Below, piece after piece: positions 37,471-48,038 of a stretch of 64,000 bases of DNA. The DNA comes from Elusimicrobiota bacterium (lineage in GTDB: Bacteria > Elusimicrobiota > Endomicrobiia > Endomicrobiales > JBDRNC01): positions 96,001 to 160,000 of the forward strand of contig JBDRNC010000018.1 in the NCBI GenBank assembly GCA_043811535.1, read 5' to 3'. The notes under the pieces are model-generated. The model saw nothing but the letters and a program-made list of their open reading frames with translations. It was not told the DNA's origin and searched no databases. Made by a program: the position numbers and the translations under genes. How positions within the stretch are numbered: position 1 is the first letter of the stretch; every line of letters starts with the position of its first letter.

Positions 37471-40056
37471 TCACGGCCTGAAACAAACGATATTCTGCGA
37501 CACTATATCGGCCATGACCTGGAGCTCGCCCTCTTTCAGGTCGTACACTTTCACGATCCCCCCGTGCTTGGTCTCCCCGCCCATAATTCCGGAAAGAATA
37601 TCGTCATACTTATCCAGAAATTTATCATTGAAGAAGGCCTTATCCCTTGACGCGAATATCGCCACGTAAAAGATGTTCGTTTCAACCAGATCCTGAAAAA
37701 AGTGCGTTCCGAACGACAGTTCGGGACTGACGTGACCGCCGGAGTATTCAAGCTCGACCAGAACAGAAATATTGTTTATCTCCGCGAAACTCACAGGAAC
37801 ACCCAGGGAAGGCGTCGATGTCCCCCACCTTCCGGGCCCGACAAGCAGCGCCGGCAGTTTATCCCTGTCGTCTATGCGCTTGTTCAGGTTCCCGACCAGC
37901 CTCGCTACCTCATATTTTTCCGGTATTGTAAGCTTGTCATACTTAGCGGGGTCAACGTATATTATCCTCTTTATATACTGGGCAATGTTGCCTCCCATGA
38001 AATTGCCGTGAGACTGAAAAAGAATGTTCTCTTTTTTTACGTTTAAGGGTATTTCTACTTTTTTTCCATATCCGATCGTCTGCAAAGGCCTGCATTGAAG
38101 CAGGTTTAGTTTGAAATCATCTTTTTCCGTGAAATTCAGCGTGAATTCTATGTCAACCGGATACTGGTAAGTATTCTCAAGAGTTTTCATCAGCCTTTGC
38201 ATAATATCCTTGAACGGGGTTTCCGTGAAGAGTTTATTGAAACTGATGATCCAGGATTCCCGGCCTTTCATTCCGAGTTCCTTCATCTTATTCGTGGTTT
38301 CGCGGTCTTCCGCGCCTATGAATTTCATCTCAACGCCGGGTTTCTGCGCCATGAGTTCGGAAATCGGCATTTCCTGCAGTTCATTCGCCTCAATATTCAG
38401 AAGGTCTATCTTATGCTGGGAAAATTCCCTGTCATCCTCTTTGCCGGCGTTCGGCCTTAGCAGAGGATCGTCCAGCGCCGCAATCCTGGGATAATCGTCC
38501 TCCACGCGGTTTACGGCTCTTGTCCCGAGGCCGAAAACGAGCCGCAGCATCCCGGCCTTCGGGTCCATGTTCTCTTTCCATGTAAAAGTGTTGTGGGATA
38601 TTCCTACGCCCGCGGCGTCAGGAAAGAAATAACTGCCGCGGTTCGAGCCTGAAACCCTTTGTATGAGCAGAGCCATTTGCTCATCCTGCTGGTCAAGGCC
38701 GCGCTGCAGCCTGTAAGTCAGCGCGTCTTCGCTCATAGTGCTTGAAAATATTTTTTTGACGACTTCTTCTATCTTTCTGTATCTTTCTTCGGGGCTCCCC
38801 TGGTTTACCACGAAAATACTCTCGTATTTCCCGGCGAAAGCGTTCCCGAAACTGTCTTCCAGCAGACTGCTGGAACGGATGATTATCGGCGACTGTCCGA
38901 AATACTCTATCATCTCCCACAGCTGCTCCTTTAATTCATCAGGAAGCTTGCCGGTCATCATCCTCTGTTTCAGCTCGTCCGCCACCCTGAAATATCCTTC
39001 TTTCGTCCGCTGCTCCATCCGGAGCTTCCAAAGCCCGTTCTGAACCAGATATTTATAGAAAACATCCGAACCTATATAGAATGAATCATGCGGTTCAAGA
39101 TAATCGCCCCAGTTGACAGATTTTTCCTTCTGGAGTATTTTCCTTGAGAGGAGCATGCCCACGGCTTTCCCGCCGATATACCCCGTGCCGATAAGCCGCG
39201 ATTTGATGTTTAACAGGTCATCAATGGAAAAATTGCTTCTCGCGAGGGCAAGCATCCTTTTTTCGCGCCCGATCATTATCTTGCACAACAGGTTTATCAT
39301 CTCAAATTTCTTGTCAAGCGAAGTTGAGCTCAGCAATTCCTCCGCCTTGATGAAAAGGCGGTCCCAGTAGTCAAGGTTCCGCTCGGCGTTTTCCAGGCCT
39401 TTTTTAGAGATATACGAGAATAGTTTAGCAGTTTCCACTGAATTCGTGAGCGGCGTGAAGCTATCGCCCTCCTTCATGTGGGGCAGGAACATCGTCGGAG
39501 AATAGCGGTTCCATACCTTTAAAGGATGTATGTAATATTTCCCTTCAAAATCATAGAGGTCTATAAGCAGCTGGGTTGTCTCTCTGATGCGCGCGATGGT
39601 CTTGTAGGAGTGGTTGTTGCGGAGTATCGCAAAATACGTGATGGTGTCTAATTCAAACAGGTAGGGACATGTAACCATGAAAAAGTTGCCTATCATGGAA
39701 TCGCTGGCCCACGCCACGAGCAGGTCGGTAAGGCAGTCAAAGACGTAATAAACGCCCGCGCCTTTTTCCCTTATTATTTCATGGACCTGGGTTGAAAAGG
39801 ATTCAAAGCCGTTATTCGCGTCAAGCGTGCAGACCGTGACTCCGTCTCCGGCTTCCAGGAGCTGTTCGTGCGCGGCAAAGCGCATGTACACGACCTTCTT
39901 CTTCTCCTGAAGCGCCTTTTTGACAAGTGGCCTTACAAAAACCTTATAATCTTTTATGTCGTCCAGCTGCCAGACGATGTTATCCCCGTCCCTTAGATAA
40001 TTCAGGACATTATCCAGCCCTGAGAGCCCGGTGCTTGGCCAAACTGATGGTTTCAT
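37471..40056 (-). CDS. PEP/pyruvate-binding (PPDK_N, ATP-grasp) domain protein
   Basis: IGGKAVG, IIRSSSLLED..FAGKYES, GLGTRAV, PVDIEF, LLQCRP, GPGRWG...LGVPV, ELSFGTHFFQDLVE. Confidence 0.85.
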   Translation of the reverse strand: MKPSVWPSTGLSGLDNVLNYLRDGDNIVWQLDDIKDYKVFVRPLVKKALQEKKKVVYMRFAAHEQLLEAGDGVTVCTLDANNGFESFSTQVHEIIREKGAGVYYVFDCLTDLLVAWASDSMIGNFFMVTCPYLFELDTITYFAILRNNHSYKTIARIRETTQLLIDLYDFEGKYYIHPLKVWNRYSPTMFLPHMKEGDSFTPLTNSVETAKLFSYISKKGLENAERNLDYWDRLFIKAEELLSSTSLDKKFEMINLLCKIMIGREKRMLALARSNFSIDDLLNIKSRLIGTGYIGGKAVGMLLSRKILQKEKSVNWGDYLEPHDSFYIGSDVFYKYLVQNGLWKLRMEQRTKEGYFRVADELKQRMMTGKLPDELKEQLWEMIEYFGQSPIIIRSSSLLEDSFGNAFAGKYESIFVVNQGSPEERYRKIEEVVKKIFSSTMSEDALTYRLQRGLDQQDEQMALLIQRVSGSNRGSYFFPDAAGVGISHNTFTWKENMDPKAGMLRLVFGLGTRAVNRVEDDYPRIAALDDPLLRPNAGKEDDREFSQHKIDLLNIEANELQEMPISELMAQKPGVEMKFIGAEDRETTNKMKELGMKGRESWIISFNKLFTETPFKDIMQRLMKTLENTYQYPVDIEFTLNFTEKDDFKLNLLQCRPLQTIGYGKKVEIPLNVKKENILFQSHGNFMGGNIAQYIKRIIYVDPAKYDKLTIPEKYEVARLVGNLNKRIDDRDKLPALLVGPGRWGTSTPSLGVPVSFAEINNISVLVELEYSGGHVSPELSFGTHFFQDLVETNIFYVAIFASRDKAFFNDKFLDKYDDILSGIMGGETKHGGIVKVYDLKEGELQVMADIVSQNIVCFRP

Positions 40057-40129
40057 CCGTTATCCCCTTGATTTACATTTATCATCTGTGTAATCGCTTC
40101 TCCAATCAGTGTAATCGTCTTTGAAATAG

Positions 40130-40173
40130 AAAAAGCCCTCAAATCAAAAATGATCCGAGGACTTCATTGTCCT
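40130..40173 (-). promoter_or_regulatory. ANTAR-like hairpin plus terminator upstream of the PEP/pyruvate-binding protein gene
   Basis: AGGAC-AATGAA-GTCCT overlapping GTCCTCGGATCA...TGATTTGAGGGC-T5. Confidence 0.65.
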
Positions 40174-40241
40174 GTCTGTTATCGTTCCTGCTATATTATA
40201 TGGATATTTTAGCAGTTAATACATATTTGTCAAGCGCACCA

Positions 40242-41099
40242 TCACTTGCTCCGCAGGATATCAGAGACTTTTTTAAGAACGTCAACCTGCCTGTCTATGA
40301 CGGGAACAGCGTCGTTTTTATAAGCGGGGATATTCTCTTCGAATGTTTTCTTGTTCTTGCTGACATAAAAGACGCCGAGCCCCAGTTTTCCGGTTTCAGT
40401 GGCCCGCTTGAAGGCCTCCTGCCTGTTTTCCGGGTTGTATCCTTCTTCAAGATAATAGGTGTTTTCCTTGAACCACTGGTACGTGTTGACCTTATTGAAC
40501 GTAACGCACGGCTGAAAGATATCCACAAGCGCGAAACCCTTGTGGTTGACGGCTTTTTTGATGAGTTCTTTGGTTTGGGGCGCGTCGCCGCAATAGGCTC
40601 TCGCGACGAATGAAGCGTCAAGCGATATCGCCACGGCAAGCGGGTTGAACGGCTGGGATATCACGCCGTCCACCTGGACAGGCGTCTTGAATCCCGGGCT
40701 GCTGGTAGGGGAGGCCTGGCCCTTGGTCAGCCCGTAAACCATATTATCGTGCACTATCACGGTTATGTCCGGGTTCCTTCTTATCGCGTGTATGAAATGG
40801 TTGCCGCCTTCGCCGTACATGTCGCCGTCCCCGCTCTCGGCAATGACCGTCAACTGCGGATTGACGGCCTTAATAGCCGTCGCGGGCGGGATTGACCTTC
40901 CATGAAGCCCGTTGAAATAGTGGACGTTCATGTACTGCGGGGCCTTGGCCGCCTGGCCGATGCCCGAAACAAGCACCAGTTTCTGCGTGTCAATATTCAG
41001 CTCATCCAGCGCCTCTTTCATTAGCTTGAGGATCGGGAAGTTGCCGCAGCCCGGGCACCAGGCATTGTCTACATTGTTATAATCGAATTTATTTGTCAT
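40242..41099 (-). CDS. 2-oxoacid:ferredoxin oxidoreductase beta subunit (TPP-binding)
   Basis: [46 protein letters not shown]. Confidence 0.95.
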   Translation of the reverse strand: MTNKFDYNNVDNAWCPGCGNFPILKLMKEALDELNIDTQKLVLVSGIGQAAKAPQYMNVHYFNGLHGRSIPPATAIKAVNPQLTVIAESGDGDMYGEGGNHFIHAIRRNPDITVIVHDNMVYGLTKGQASPTSSPGFKTPVQVDGVISQPFNPLAVAISLDASFVARAYCGDAPQTKELIKKAVNHKGFALVDIFQPCVTFNKVNTYQWFKENTYYLEEGYNPENRQEAFKRATETGKLGLGVFYVSKNKKTFEENIPAYKNDAVPVIDRQVDVLKKVSDILRSK

Positions 41100-41103
41100 A
41101 GGG

Positions 41104-42822
41104 TCAAGGGTCCATGGTCAAGGGTCCAGAAGCGACCTTTGACAACTTATCCACGATTTCTTCCGCCGAGAACGGCGAACCGTCATATTTCAGTATTTTA
41201 TTCTTTATTTCAATACCCGTGTGCAGTTTCAGCAGTTTGCCGAATTGTGAAGTAGCGTTATTTTCCACAATAACCAGTTTTTTTGCTTTCTTCAGATAAT
41301 CCGAAGTTTCCGGGTGCACCGGATAAACCTGGCTGAAGTGCAGATGTGCGACGGACGCGTCGCCAAGTTTCTCCAGCGCTTCTTTTATGACGCCGAAAGT
41401 CGAGCCCCATCCCACAACGAGCGTCTTGTAATCCGGCTTTCCCGCTAATACCGGAGGTTCCGCGTCTTTTGCCAGGTATTCCAGCTTTTTCAGGCGCTTT
41501 TCAACCATTGCCTTGCGGACTCCGGCATCTTCTGTAATGCGCCCGCTTTCATCGTGCTCGTCGGAATCCGCGCAGACAAAACCCTCGCCGCGCCCGGGTA
41601 TTCCTCTGGGCGATATGCCGTCCGCAGTGATTCTATATCTTTTGTAGTCTTTTGCCGTTTCTGTTGTAAATCTTTCAACCTTTAAATCTTTAAATCTTTC
41701 AATTGTCGTATTGTAGTAGATATCCATAAGATATTGGTCCACAAGGATTATCACCGGGACCTGATATTTGTCGGCGAGGTTGAAAGACTTCTGCGCCAGA
41801 TAAAAGGCTTCTTCTATCGTCCCGGGCGCGAAAACCGCCCGCGGAAATTCGCCGTGTCCCGAGTAGAGGACGAATTCAAGGTCGCCCTGCTCGGTTCTCG
41901 TGGGAAGGCCCGTGGCGGGCGCCGGTCTCTGGCCGACAATTATTACCGCCGGGCTCTCTATCGCCCCGGCTAAACTCAGGCCTTCTACCATCAGCGCGAA
42001 ACCTCCGCCCGCGGTGGAAACAAGCGCCCTCGCTCCGGCATACCACGCGCCCAGCGACATATTTATCGCCGCCACCTCGTCTTCAGCCTGCTCCGCGACT
42101 ATGCCGAACTCGGAGGCATGCTGCGAAAGATAAGTAAGCACGCTTGTCGAAGGGGTCATCGGGTACGCCGAGATGAAATTACACCCCCCTGCTATTGCGC
42201 CGAGCGAAACCGCTTCCGACCCGGTTATCAGCATTTCACCGGCGGCAGAAGGCGTTTTCCTTATGTCTATTGATATTTTTTCCTTGTCCGCCGTTTCCCT
42301 GCCGATTTCATATCCCTTGGCGGCCGCGCCGATGTTATTTTTGACGACTTCTTCCCCTTTTTTTCCGAAGAGTTTTTCCAAATAGCCGTTTACCGCGTCC
42401 TCGCCGGCGCCCAGCAGGCCGAGAACAATGCCGGCCGCGACCGTGTTGGCGTATATGGGTTTTCCGAAACCCAGGGCGATTTTCTCAAAGGGCACGTCAA
42501 TGATCTTCTTATCCGTGCCGAGTTTTTCTTTGTCCCCGATTATGATTGTCTGCGGAGAGACGCGTTTTTCGAGGTGAGGTATCGCGTCTTTGTCCAAGGG
42601 GATGAGTATGTCTATCCTGTCGATATACGACATCACCCTGCCGGAAGCGACGCGTATCTGCGTAGAGTTGCTGCCGCCGCGCACGCGGGACATGTATTCT
42701 TTACTGGCGAAAACGTTATATCCCGACAACTTCAGAATGCCCGTCAGAAGTTTTTCAACCGTCTGAACACCCTGTCCGGCCTCGCCGCAGATAACGATAG
42801 ATAGATCGTCTTTAATTAACAT
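41104..42822 (-). CDS. 2-oxoacid:ferredoxin oxidoreductase alpha subunit (fused gamma domain)
   Basis: [51 protein letters not shown]. Confidence 0.95.
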   Translation of the reverse strand: MLIKDDLSIVICGEAGQGVQTVEKLLTGILKLSGYNVFASKEYMSRVRGGSNSTQIRVASGRVMSYIDRIDILIPLDKDAIPHLEKRVSPQTIIIGDKEKLGTDKKIIDVPFEKIALGFGKPIYANTVAAGIVLGLLGAGEDAVNGYLEKLFGKKGEEVVKNNIGAAAKGYEIGRETADKEKISIDIRKTPSAAGEMLITGSEAVSLGAIAGGCNFISAYPMTPSTSVLTYLSQHASEFGIVAEQAEDEVAAINMSLGAWYAGARALVSTAGGGFALMVEGLSLAGAIESPAVIIVGQRPAPATGLPTRTEQGDLEFVLYSGHGEFPRAVFAPGTIEEAFYLAQKSFNLADKYQVPVIILVDQYLMDIYYNTTIERFKDLKVERFTTETAKDYKRYRITADGISPRGIPGRGEGFVCADSDEHDESGRITEDAGVRKAMVEKRLKKLEYLAKDAEPPVLAGKPDYKTLVVGWGSTFGVIKEALEKLGDASVAHLHFSQVYPVHPETSDYLKKAKKLVIVENNATSQFGKLLKLHTGIEIKNKILKYDGSPFSAEEIVDKLSKVASGPLTMDP

Positions 42823-42925
42823 AATATTAGGGGCCAGGGTCCAGTATATAAATCCCCCTTTTCTTCCCCCTTTTTCAAAGGGGGATTGAGGAGGATTTTA
42901 AATCCTTGCCCCTTGATCCTGCAGT

Positions 42926-43501
42926 TCAGTAGTTAGTTTCTTTTATCTCAAAATACGCCCTGGGGTGCGAACACACCGGGCATTTCTCGGGGGCTTCCGG
43001 CCCTTCGTGGACGTGCCCGCAGTTGCGGCATTTCCATCTGACTTTCTGCTCTTTCTTGAAAACAAGGCCCTTGTTTATGTTTTCAAGAAGCTTGCGGTAT
43101 CTTGCTTCATGCTGGACTTCAACGCCCGCGATCATCCTGTAAGCCACGGCAACCTCTTTGAATCCTTCTTTCTCCGCGACGTCCGCCGCGCCGGGATAAA
43201 GCTTGACGTGTTCTTCGTTCTCGCCTTCGGCGGATGCTTTCAGATTCTCAGCCGTCGTTCCGATAACGCCCGCGGGGTACATTGCGGTAATCTCCACTGC
43301 CCCGCCTTCGAGAAATTTGAAGAATACCTTCGCGTGTTCTTTTTCATTCTCGGCAGTTTCAAGGAATAAAGCCGATATCTGCTCATATCCTTCCTTTTTT
43401 GCCGCCCCCGCGAAATACGTGTAACGCGTCCTTGCCTGCGATTCTCCTGCGAATGATGCCAGAAGATTCTTTTCCGTCTGTGTGCCTTTTAGACTTTTCA
43501 T
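42926..43501 (-). CDS. rbr: Rubrerythrin
   Basis: FAGESQAR.RY, NEKEHAK, E..E...YP, E..HE.RY and a C-terminal CRNCG...CPVC.H. Confidence 0.95.
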   Translation of the reverse strand: MKSLKGTQTEKNLLASFAGESQARTRYTYFAGAAKKEGYEQISALFLETAENEKEHAKVFFKFLEGGAVEITAMYPAGVIGTTAENLKASAEGENEEHVKLYPGAADVAEKEGFKEVAVAYRMIAGVEVQHEARYRKLLENINKGLVFKKEQKVRWKCRNCGHVHEGPEAPEKCPVCSHPRAYFEIKETNY

Positions 43502-43599
43502 GTAAATTACTCCTTTCAATTATATTGCCAAATGGTTATATGGATAAATGGCTGTAGACTTTTAACCATTTAGCAATTTAGCCGTTTAGCCATTATTTA

Positions 43600-43980
43600 T
43601 TAACTCTTCCATAAGCCGTGCAGATTGCAATACTCGCGAGCGCTAACGGTTGCGGCGGTGACGCAGAACTCGGCTTCCGGTTTGTCGCCCGGCTTCAAGT
43701 ACTGGATATACGATTTGCCGTCAGCTATCAGTTCAATCCACTGGATGTAATGTTTCTCTTCCATAGGATGGGCAACGCCGCCTATTTTTACCTTGTAGCC
43801 GTTTGATGTTTTTTCTACAACAGGCACGTGTTTTTCCTTTGCCGCGTCGACAGTGTTCTCAACCTGCAGATTCATCGGCTGCCCGCAGCAAACCAGGTCC
43901 CCTCCGCCCACGAAATTGACCTGGACGATGTTTCCGCATACGCTGCACTTGTAAACTTCCCCGCGTTTTTTCACTGCCAT
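43600..43980 (-). CDS. dfx: Desulfoferrodoxin (superoxide reductase)
   Basis: [40 protein letters not shown]. Confidence 0.96.
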   Translation of the reverse strand: MAVKKRGEVYKCSVCGNIVQVNFVGGGDLVCCGQPMNLQVENTVDAAKEKHVPVVEKTSNGYKVKIGGVAHPMEEKHYIQWIELIADGKSYIQYLKPGDKPEAEFCVTAATVSAREYCNLHGLWKS

Positions 43981-44079
43981 GTAAACCTCCTGTTTGCCCG
44001 GCACTTAAGTGCCGGCTACAATTAATGAATTAAGACTTGCTATTCAGGGACTTAAGTCCCTTCATTTTCAGCAAGTCTT

Positions 44080-44982
44080 TCATTTAAGTTTATTAATATA
44101 TTCAAACGCCGATATCGCGGCTTTGGCGCCTTCGCCTGACGCGACTATTATCTGTTTCGCGGGAACGCTTGTCGCGTCGCCCGCGGCAAAGATGCCCGGA
44201 ATGTTAGTTTCAGTTTTACAGTTGACCCATATCTCGTTATGCTCGTTCTTTTCAACACCCTTTACGAAATCCGTTGCCGGCACCGAGCCTATTTCAACGA
44301 ATATCCCTTCGACGTTCAATAGCTCTTCTTTGCCGCCGTGATTTATCCCGATACCGTTTACAAACTTTTCTCCCGATATCATGGTAACCGTCGTATCATG
44401 ATAAGCCGTGACTATAGGGCTGGATAACGCTTTTTCAACCATTACCTGGTCAGCGGTGAATCCCGGGGCATTATCTATGATATAGACCTTCTTGGCTATG
44501 TTTACCAGCTGGAGCGCGGCGTCCAATGCAGAGTTGCCTCCGCCTATGACCGCGACATCCATATCGGCGAACATCGGCGCGTCGCAGGTTGCGCAGTACG
44601 CAAGCCCCTTGTTCCGCAGGCGGTTTTCTCCGTCAACCCCGAGCCGTCTCGGTATCTTGCCGGACGCTATTATCGCGGTTTTCGCGCTGTATTCGCCCTT
44701 GTTCGTGACTACTTTGACTGTATCTCCGTTTTTTTCAAGCGAGACAACTTCTTCCCCTTCCTTCGCGGTGATATTGTACTGTTTCAGATGATCCCTGAAT
44801 TGTTTTACCAGTTCAGCGCCGGTAACAAGCCGGAAACCGGTATAATTCTCTACGTTCAGCGTCCAGTTTGTCTGGCCGCCGACTTCTTTCGTGATAACGA
44901 TGAAGTTGATTTTCTTGCGCGCGGCGTAAATGCTGGCGGTTATGCCCGCCGGCCCGCCCCCAACAATAATTAAATCGTACAT
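44080..44982 (-). CDS. Thioredoxin-disulfide reductase / AhpF-like flavoprotein
   Basis: GGGPAG, CATCD, GGGNSA, TN.PGIFAAGD. Confidence 0.92.
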   Translation of the reverse strand: MYDLIIVGGGPAGITASIYAARKKINFIVITKEVGGQTNWTLNVENYTGFRLVTGAELVKQFRDHLKQYNITAKEGEEVVSLEKNGDTVKVVTNKGEYSAKTAIIASGKIPRRLGVDGENRLRNKGLAYCATCDAPMFADMDVAVIGGGNSALDAALQLVNIAKKVYIIDNAPGFTADQVMVEKALSSPIVTAYHDTTVTMISGEKFVNGIGINHGGKEELLNVEGIFVEIGSVPATDFVKGVEKNEHNEIWVNCKTETNIPGIFAAGDATSVPAKQIIVASGEGAKAAISAFEYINKLK

Positions 44983-45181
44983 AATGACACCAATTGAAAG
45001 ATTACAAGATTTAAAGATTACAAGATTATTATTAAAATACCGTTAGCCTTCAATCTTTGTAATCTTTCCAATCTTTTAATCATGTAATCGTAGTTATATT
45101 CCCAATTCTTTAATCAACTCTTCCCCGCCACTACTGCTTTGGCGGGCCCGCCAACGTCTCAGTGGCGGGCTTATCATATCT

Positions 45182-45418
45182 TTATAATCCCAATTCTTTA
45201 TTCAACTCTTCCTTATCAAATCCTACTATTATCTTTCCTTCGATGTCTATGACCGGAACGCCAAACTGCCCGGATTTATCCTTCATTTCCTTCAGCGCGT
45301 CCTTATCCTGCCCGACGTCAAAATTCTCGTACTGGACGTTCTTTTCCTTGAAATACTCTTTCAGCATCATGCAGTAAGGGCATGTTGACGTCGAATAGAC
45401 CTTGATTGATTTAGACAT
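45182..45418 (-). CDS. Glutaredoxin-like protein (NrdH/YruB type)
   Basis: YST.TCPYC, SGQ.GVPV, IVGFD. Confidence 0.93.
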   Translation of the reverse strand: MSKSIKVYSTSTCPYCMMLKEYFKEKNVQYENFDVGQDKDALKEMKDKSGQFGVPVIDIEGKIIVGFDKEELNKELGL

Positions 45419-45423
45419 AATAA

Positions 45424-45484
45424 CTCCTTGAGCACCTTAAGTGTTGTTCTGAATTGCCTTATGCGAAATCCGCCGTGGCGGATT
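45424..45484 (-). promoter_or_regulatory. Conserved hairpin-core-SD leader module, copy D
   Basis: AATCCGC-CACG-GCGGATT TCGCATAAGGCAATTCA GAACAACACTTAAGGTGCTC AAGGAG; orphan GGAGG just upstream (45487-45491). Confidence 0.8.
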
Positions 45485-45512
45485 AACCTCCGGTTAAATG
45501 TAATCGTCTTAT

Positions 45513-45992
45513 TTAGCTCTTTATCGCGCCCTTAAGCAGCGCGAGTTTTGCCAGGTGCCCCTGCTCCTGCTCTATTAACTTATCGACTGCCGCGTGTCCT
45601 TCTTCCGAAACCAGCTTTTTCATCTCCTGGAACAGAAGGATTGAATCCTTTTCAAAACCTATAGCCATTCCAACCGCCTGCAGGTCGCTTTTTGCCAGAG
45701 AGGCCGCTTCTTTACCCTTATTCTTACCTGTAAAAACGTGTTCTTTCGAAAGTGATTTCATGTAGGCATCGTAATCCTCGCTGTACGCCTCAGGCGACTC
45801 ATATTTTTCAACGGAAGAAAGCATCGCTTTGAAAACCTTCTCGTGTTTTGACTCCTCGTCCGCGAGAAATTCAAAGATTTCCTTCGCTTCCTTGCTTTTG
45901 GACTTTTTGGCCACGTCCAGATAATATTCCCTGCCGTTCTGCTCTATCTGGATGCCTAACTGAATAATCTCTCCTGCGGAAAATAATGACAT
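45513..45992 (-). CDS. Ferritin-like (rubrerythrin-family diiron) protein
   Basis: IE..G..YY, LADEESKH, FEKDSILLF, IEQEQGH. Start at ATG 45992. Confidence 0.85.
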   Translation of the reverse strand: MSLFSAGEIIQLGIQIEQNGREYYLDVAKKSKSKEAKEIFEFLADEESKHEKVFKAMLSSVEKYESPEAYSEDYDAYMKSLSKEHVFTGKNKGKEAASLAKSDLQAVGMAIGFEKDSILLFQEMKKLVSEEGHAAVDKLIEQEQGHLAKLALLKGAIKS

Positions 45993-46082
45993 TTCAGCAT
46001 CCTTTCGCAGATTATACAGATTTGAACTACCGGATTGTCGCAGACAAAACATATCCGCGTTAATCTGTCTTGCTATCTGCGC

Positions 46083-47270
46083 TTATTTTAATATTTTAGC
46101 GAATTCTTTTCCGAATTCGCGGCATTTATTCAAATCGTCTTCGCTCGGCATGAATTGAACGCCTATTGACGGAAGAGGCATTTCAACTCCCGATTTCTTC
46201 ACAACCTCTTCGATGGCTTTCACGGCGCCTCCGGCCCAGCCGAAAGAGCCGAATGCCGCGCCCATCCTTCCCTTCGGCTTCAATCCCTCAAAGAAGTGCA
46301 GGAATCCGGCTATAGCGGGAAGCATGTTGTTGTCGTGCGTGGAAGAGCCGAAAACATATCCCCTGGCGTAATACATGTCGTCAATGATCTGCGTGATATC
46401 CGTCTGCGTGACGTCGTACAGCTTGACGTCTATTCCGGAATCCGAAATGCCCTCGGCTATCTTTTTAGCCATTTTTTCCGTGGCGCCCCACATTGTCTCG
46501 TAAACTATCACCGCTCCGCCTCGCGGCTCGCCCTTTGACCAGTTGACGTAGGCATTCACTATCTTCATCGGGTCCTTGCGCCATATAATGCCGTGGCTGG
46601 GGGCAATGACCTTTATGGGCAGTTTCATCGCCATGACGTCGTTAAGTTTTTTCTGTATTATCGCGTTCAGGGGCCAGAGTATATTTGAATAATACTTGGA
46701 GGCCTCCTGCATCAGACCGCACTGGTCAACTTCATCGTCAAACCTTTCGCTTGAGGCGTAATGCTGGCCGAAAGCGTCGTTCGGAAGGAGCACAGCGTCT
46801 TCAACAAGATACGTAAACATGCTGTCCGGCCAGTGAATCATAGGGGCTTCCACAAAAGCGAGTGTTTTGTTGCCGAGACTGAGTTTATCCCCGGTCTTAA
46901 CTACCTGAAAATCCAGGTTGCCGTAATACATTCTTTGGAGGCCTTCCTTGCACTTGGCTGTCCCGTAAACCCTGGCTTTCGGGCAGAGTTTCATTATCGC
47001 CGGAATCCCGCCTGAGTGGTCGGTCTCCACGTGATTCGCTATGACGTAATCTATTTTTGACGGATCAATAACCTGTTTTATATTTTCTATCATTTCTCCC
47101 GAGAACGCCCCTAAAACGGTATCTACAAGCGCCGTCTTTTCGCCTGTAATCAGATAGCAGTTGTAGGTTGAGCCGCGCTTTGTATTATAGGTGTGCCCGT
47201 GGAATGACCGAACGTTCCAGTCAACCGCGCCCACCCAGTACGCATTTTCCACAATTTTGATTGCCGACAT
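46083..47270 (-). CDS. fprA: Flavodiiron protein (A-type flavoprotein)
   Basis: NHVETDHSG, HWPDSM, NDAFGQH, PSHG and a flavodoxin domain (YETMWGATE, FGSFGW). Confidence 0.95.
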   Translation of the reverse strand: MSAIKIVENAYWVGAVDWNVRSFHGHTYNTKRGSTYNCYLITGEKTALVDTVLGAFSGEMIENIKQVIDPSKIDYVIANHVETDHSGGIPAIMKLCPKARVYGTAKCKEGLQRMYYGNLDFQVVKTGDKLSLGNKTLAFVEAPMIHWPDSMFTYLVEDAVLLPNDAFGQHYASSERFDDEVDQCGLMQEASKYYSNILWPLNAIIQKKLNDVMAMKLPIKVIAPSHGIIWRKDPMKIVNAYVNWSKGEPRGGAVIVYETMWGATEKMAKKIAEGISDSGIDVKLYDVTQTDITQIIDDMYYARGYVFGSSTHDNNMLPAIAGFLHFFEGLKPKGRMGAAFGSFGWAGGAVKAIEEVVKKSGVEMPLPSIGVQFMPSEDDLNKCREFGKEFAKILK

Positions 47271-47384
47271 AAATAGCTCCTTAATGCAGCGGAGGACTTA
47301 AGTCCCCCCTTTAGCTGATTTCCTGGCTAATATATTTGTAAATATCTTTCCGGCACTTAAGTGCCGGCTACATATCCGCCGTTA

Positions 47385-47933
47385 TTATGCGCCTGCGGGC
47401 GCTGCTGAGCCAATTCCTGTTGCCGGAGGCGTGAATACCCTCACAGCGAGTTCGCGGTCAAGCAGGAAAAGACCTCCTCCCGTATCCTTGCCCAGAAGTT
47501 TCAATTTCTGCAGCGCTTCATCGAACGAGGATTCTTCTTCCACCTGCTCGTTCACAAACCACTGCAGGAAAGTATTTGTGGCGTGGTCTTTTTCGGTAAC
47601 CGCAAGGTTGACCAGGTCATTTATCAGAGATGTTACTACTTGCTCGTGTTTAAGCGACCTTGCGAACACGTCTTCCGGATTTTTCCAGTCATGCGGCGGC
47701 GCTTCTATATCCTGCATCAGCGCTTTTCCGCCTTTCTGAAGTATATAGCTGTAGAATTTCATCGCGTGAATCATCTCTTCCTGGACCTGCACGCGCATCC
47801 AGCTAGCGAATCCTTTAAGGTTGGCGGATTCAAAATATGACGACATTTCAAGGTAAAGATACGCCGAGTAAAGCTCCCTGTTCATCTGCCTGTTCAACGC
47901 CTTTCCCATATTATCTGAAATCCTTGAATTCAT
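47385..47933 (-). CDS. ftnA: Non-heme ferritin
   Basis: ELYSAYLY, EE..HA, HEQ.VT, FLQWFVNEQVEEE. Confidence 0.93.
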   Translation of the reverse strand: MNSRISDNMGKALNRQMNRELYSAYLYLEMSSYFESANLKGFASWMRVQVQEEMIHAMKFYSYILQKGGKALMQDIEAPPHDWKNPEDVFARSLKHEQVVTSLINDLVNLAVTEKDHATNTFLQWFVNEQVEEESSFDEALQKLKLLGKDTGGGLFLLDRELAVRVFTPPATGIGSAAPAGA

Positions 47934-48038
47934 ATGCCGACTCCTAGTGCTTAGCGATTAGAGAATGGTGCTTAGGAAATGACGGAATATGCTTCAACTA
48001 TTCCCTTGTCCCTATTCCCTGTTCTCTATTCCCTCTAT

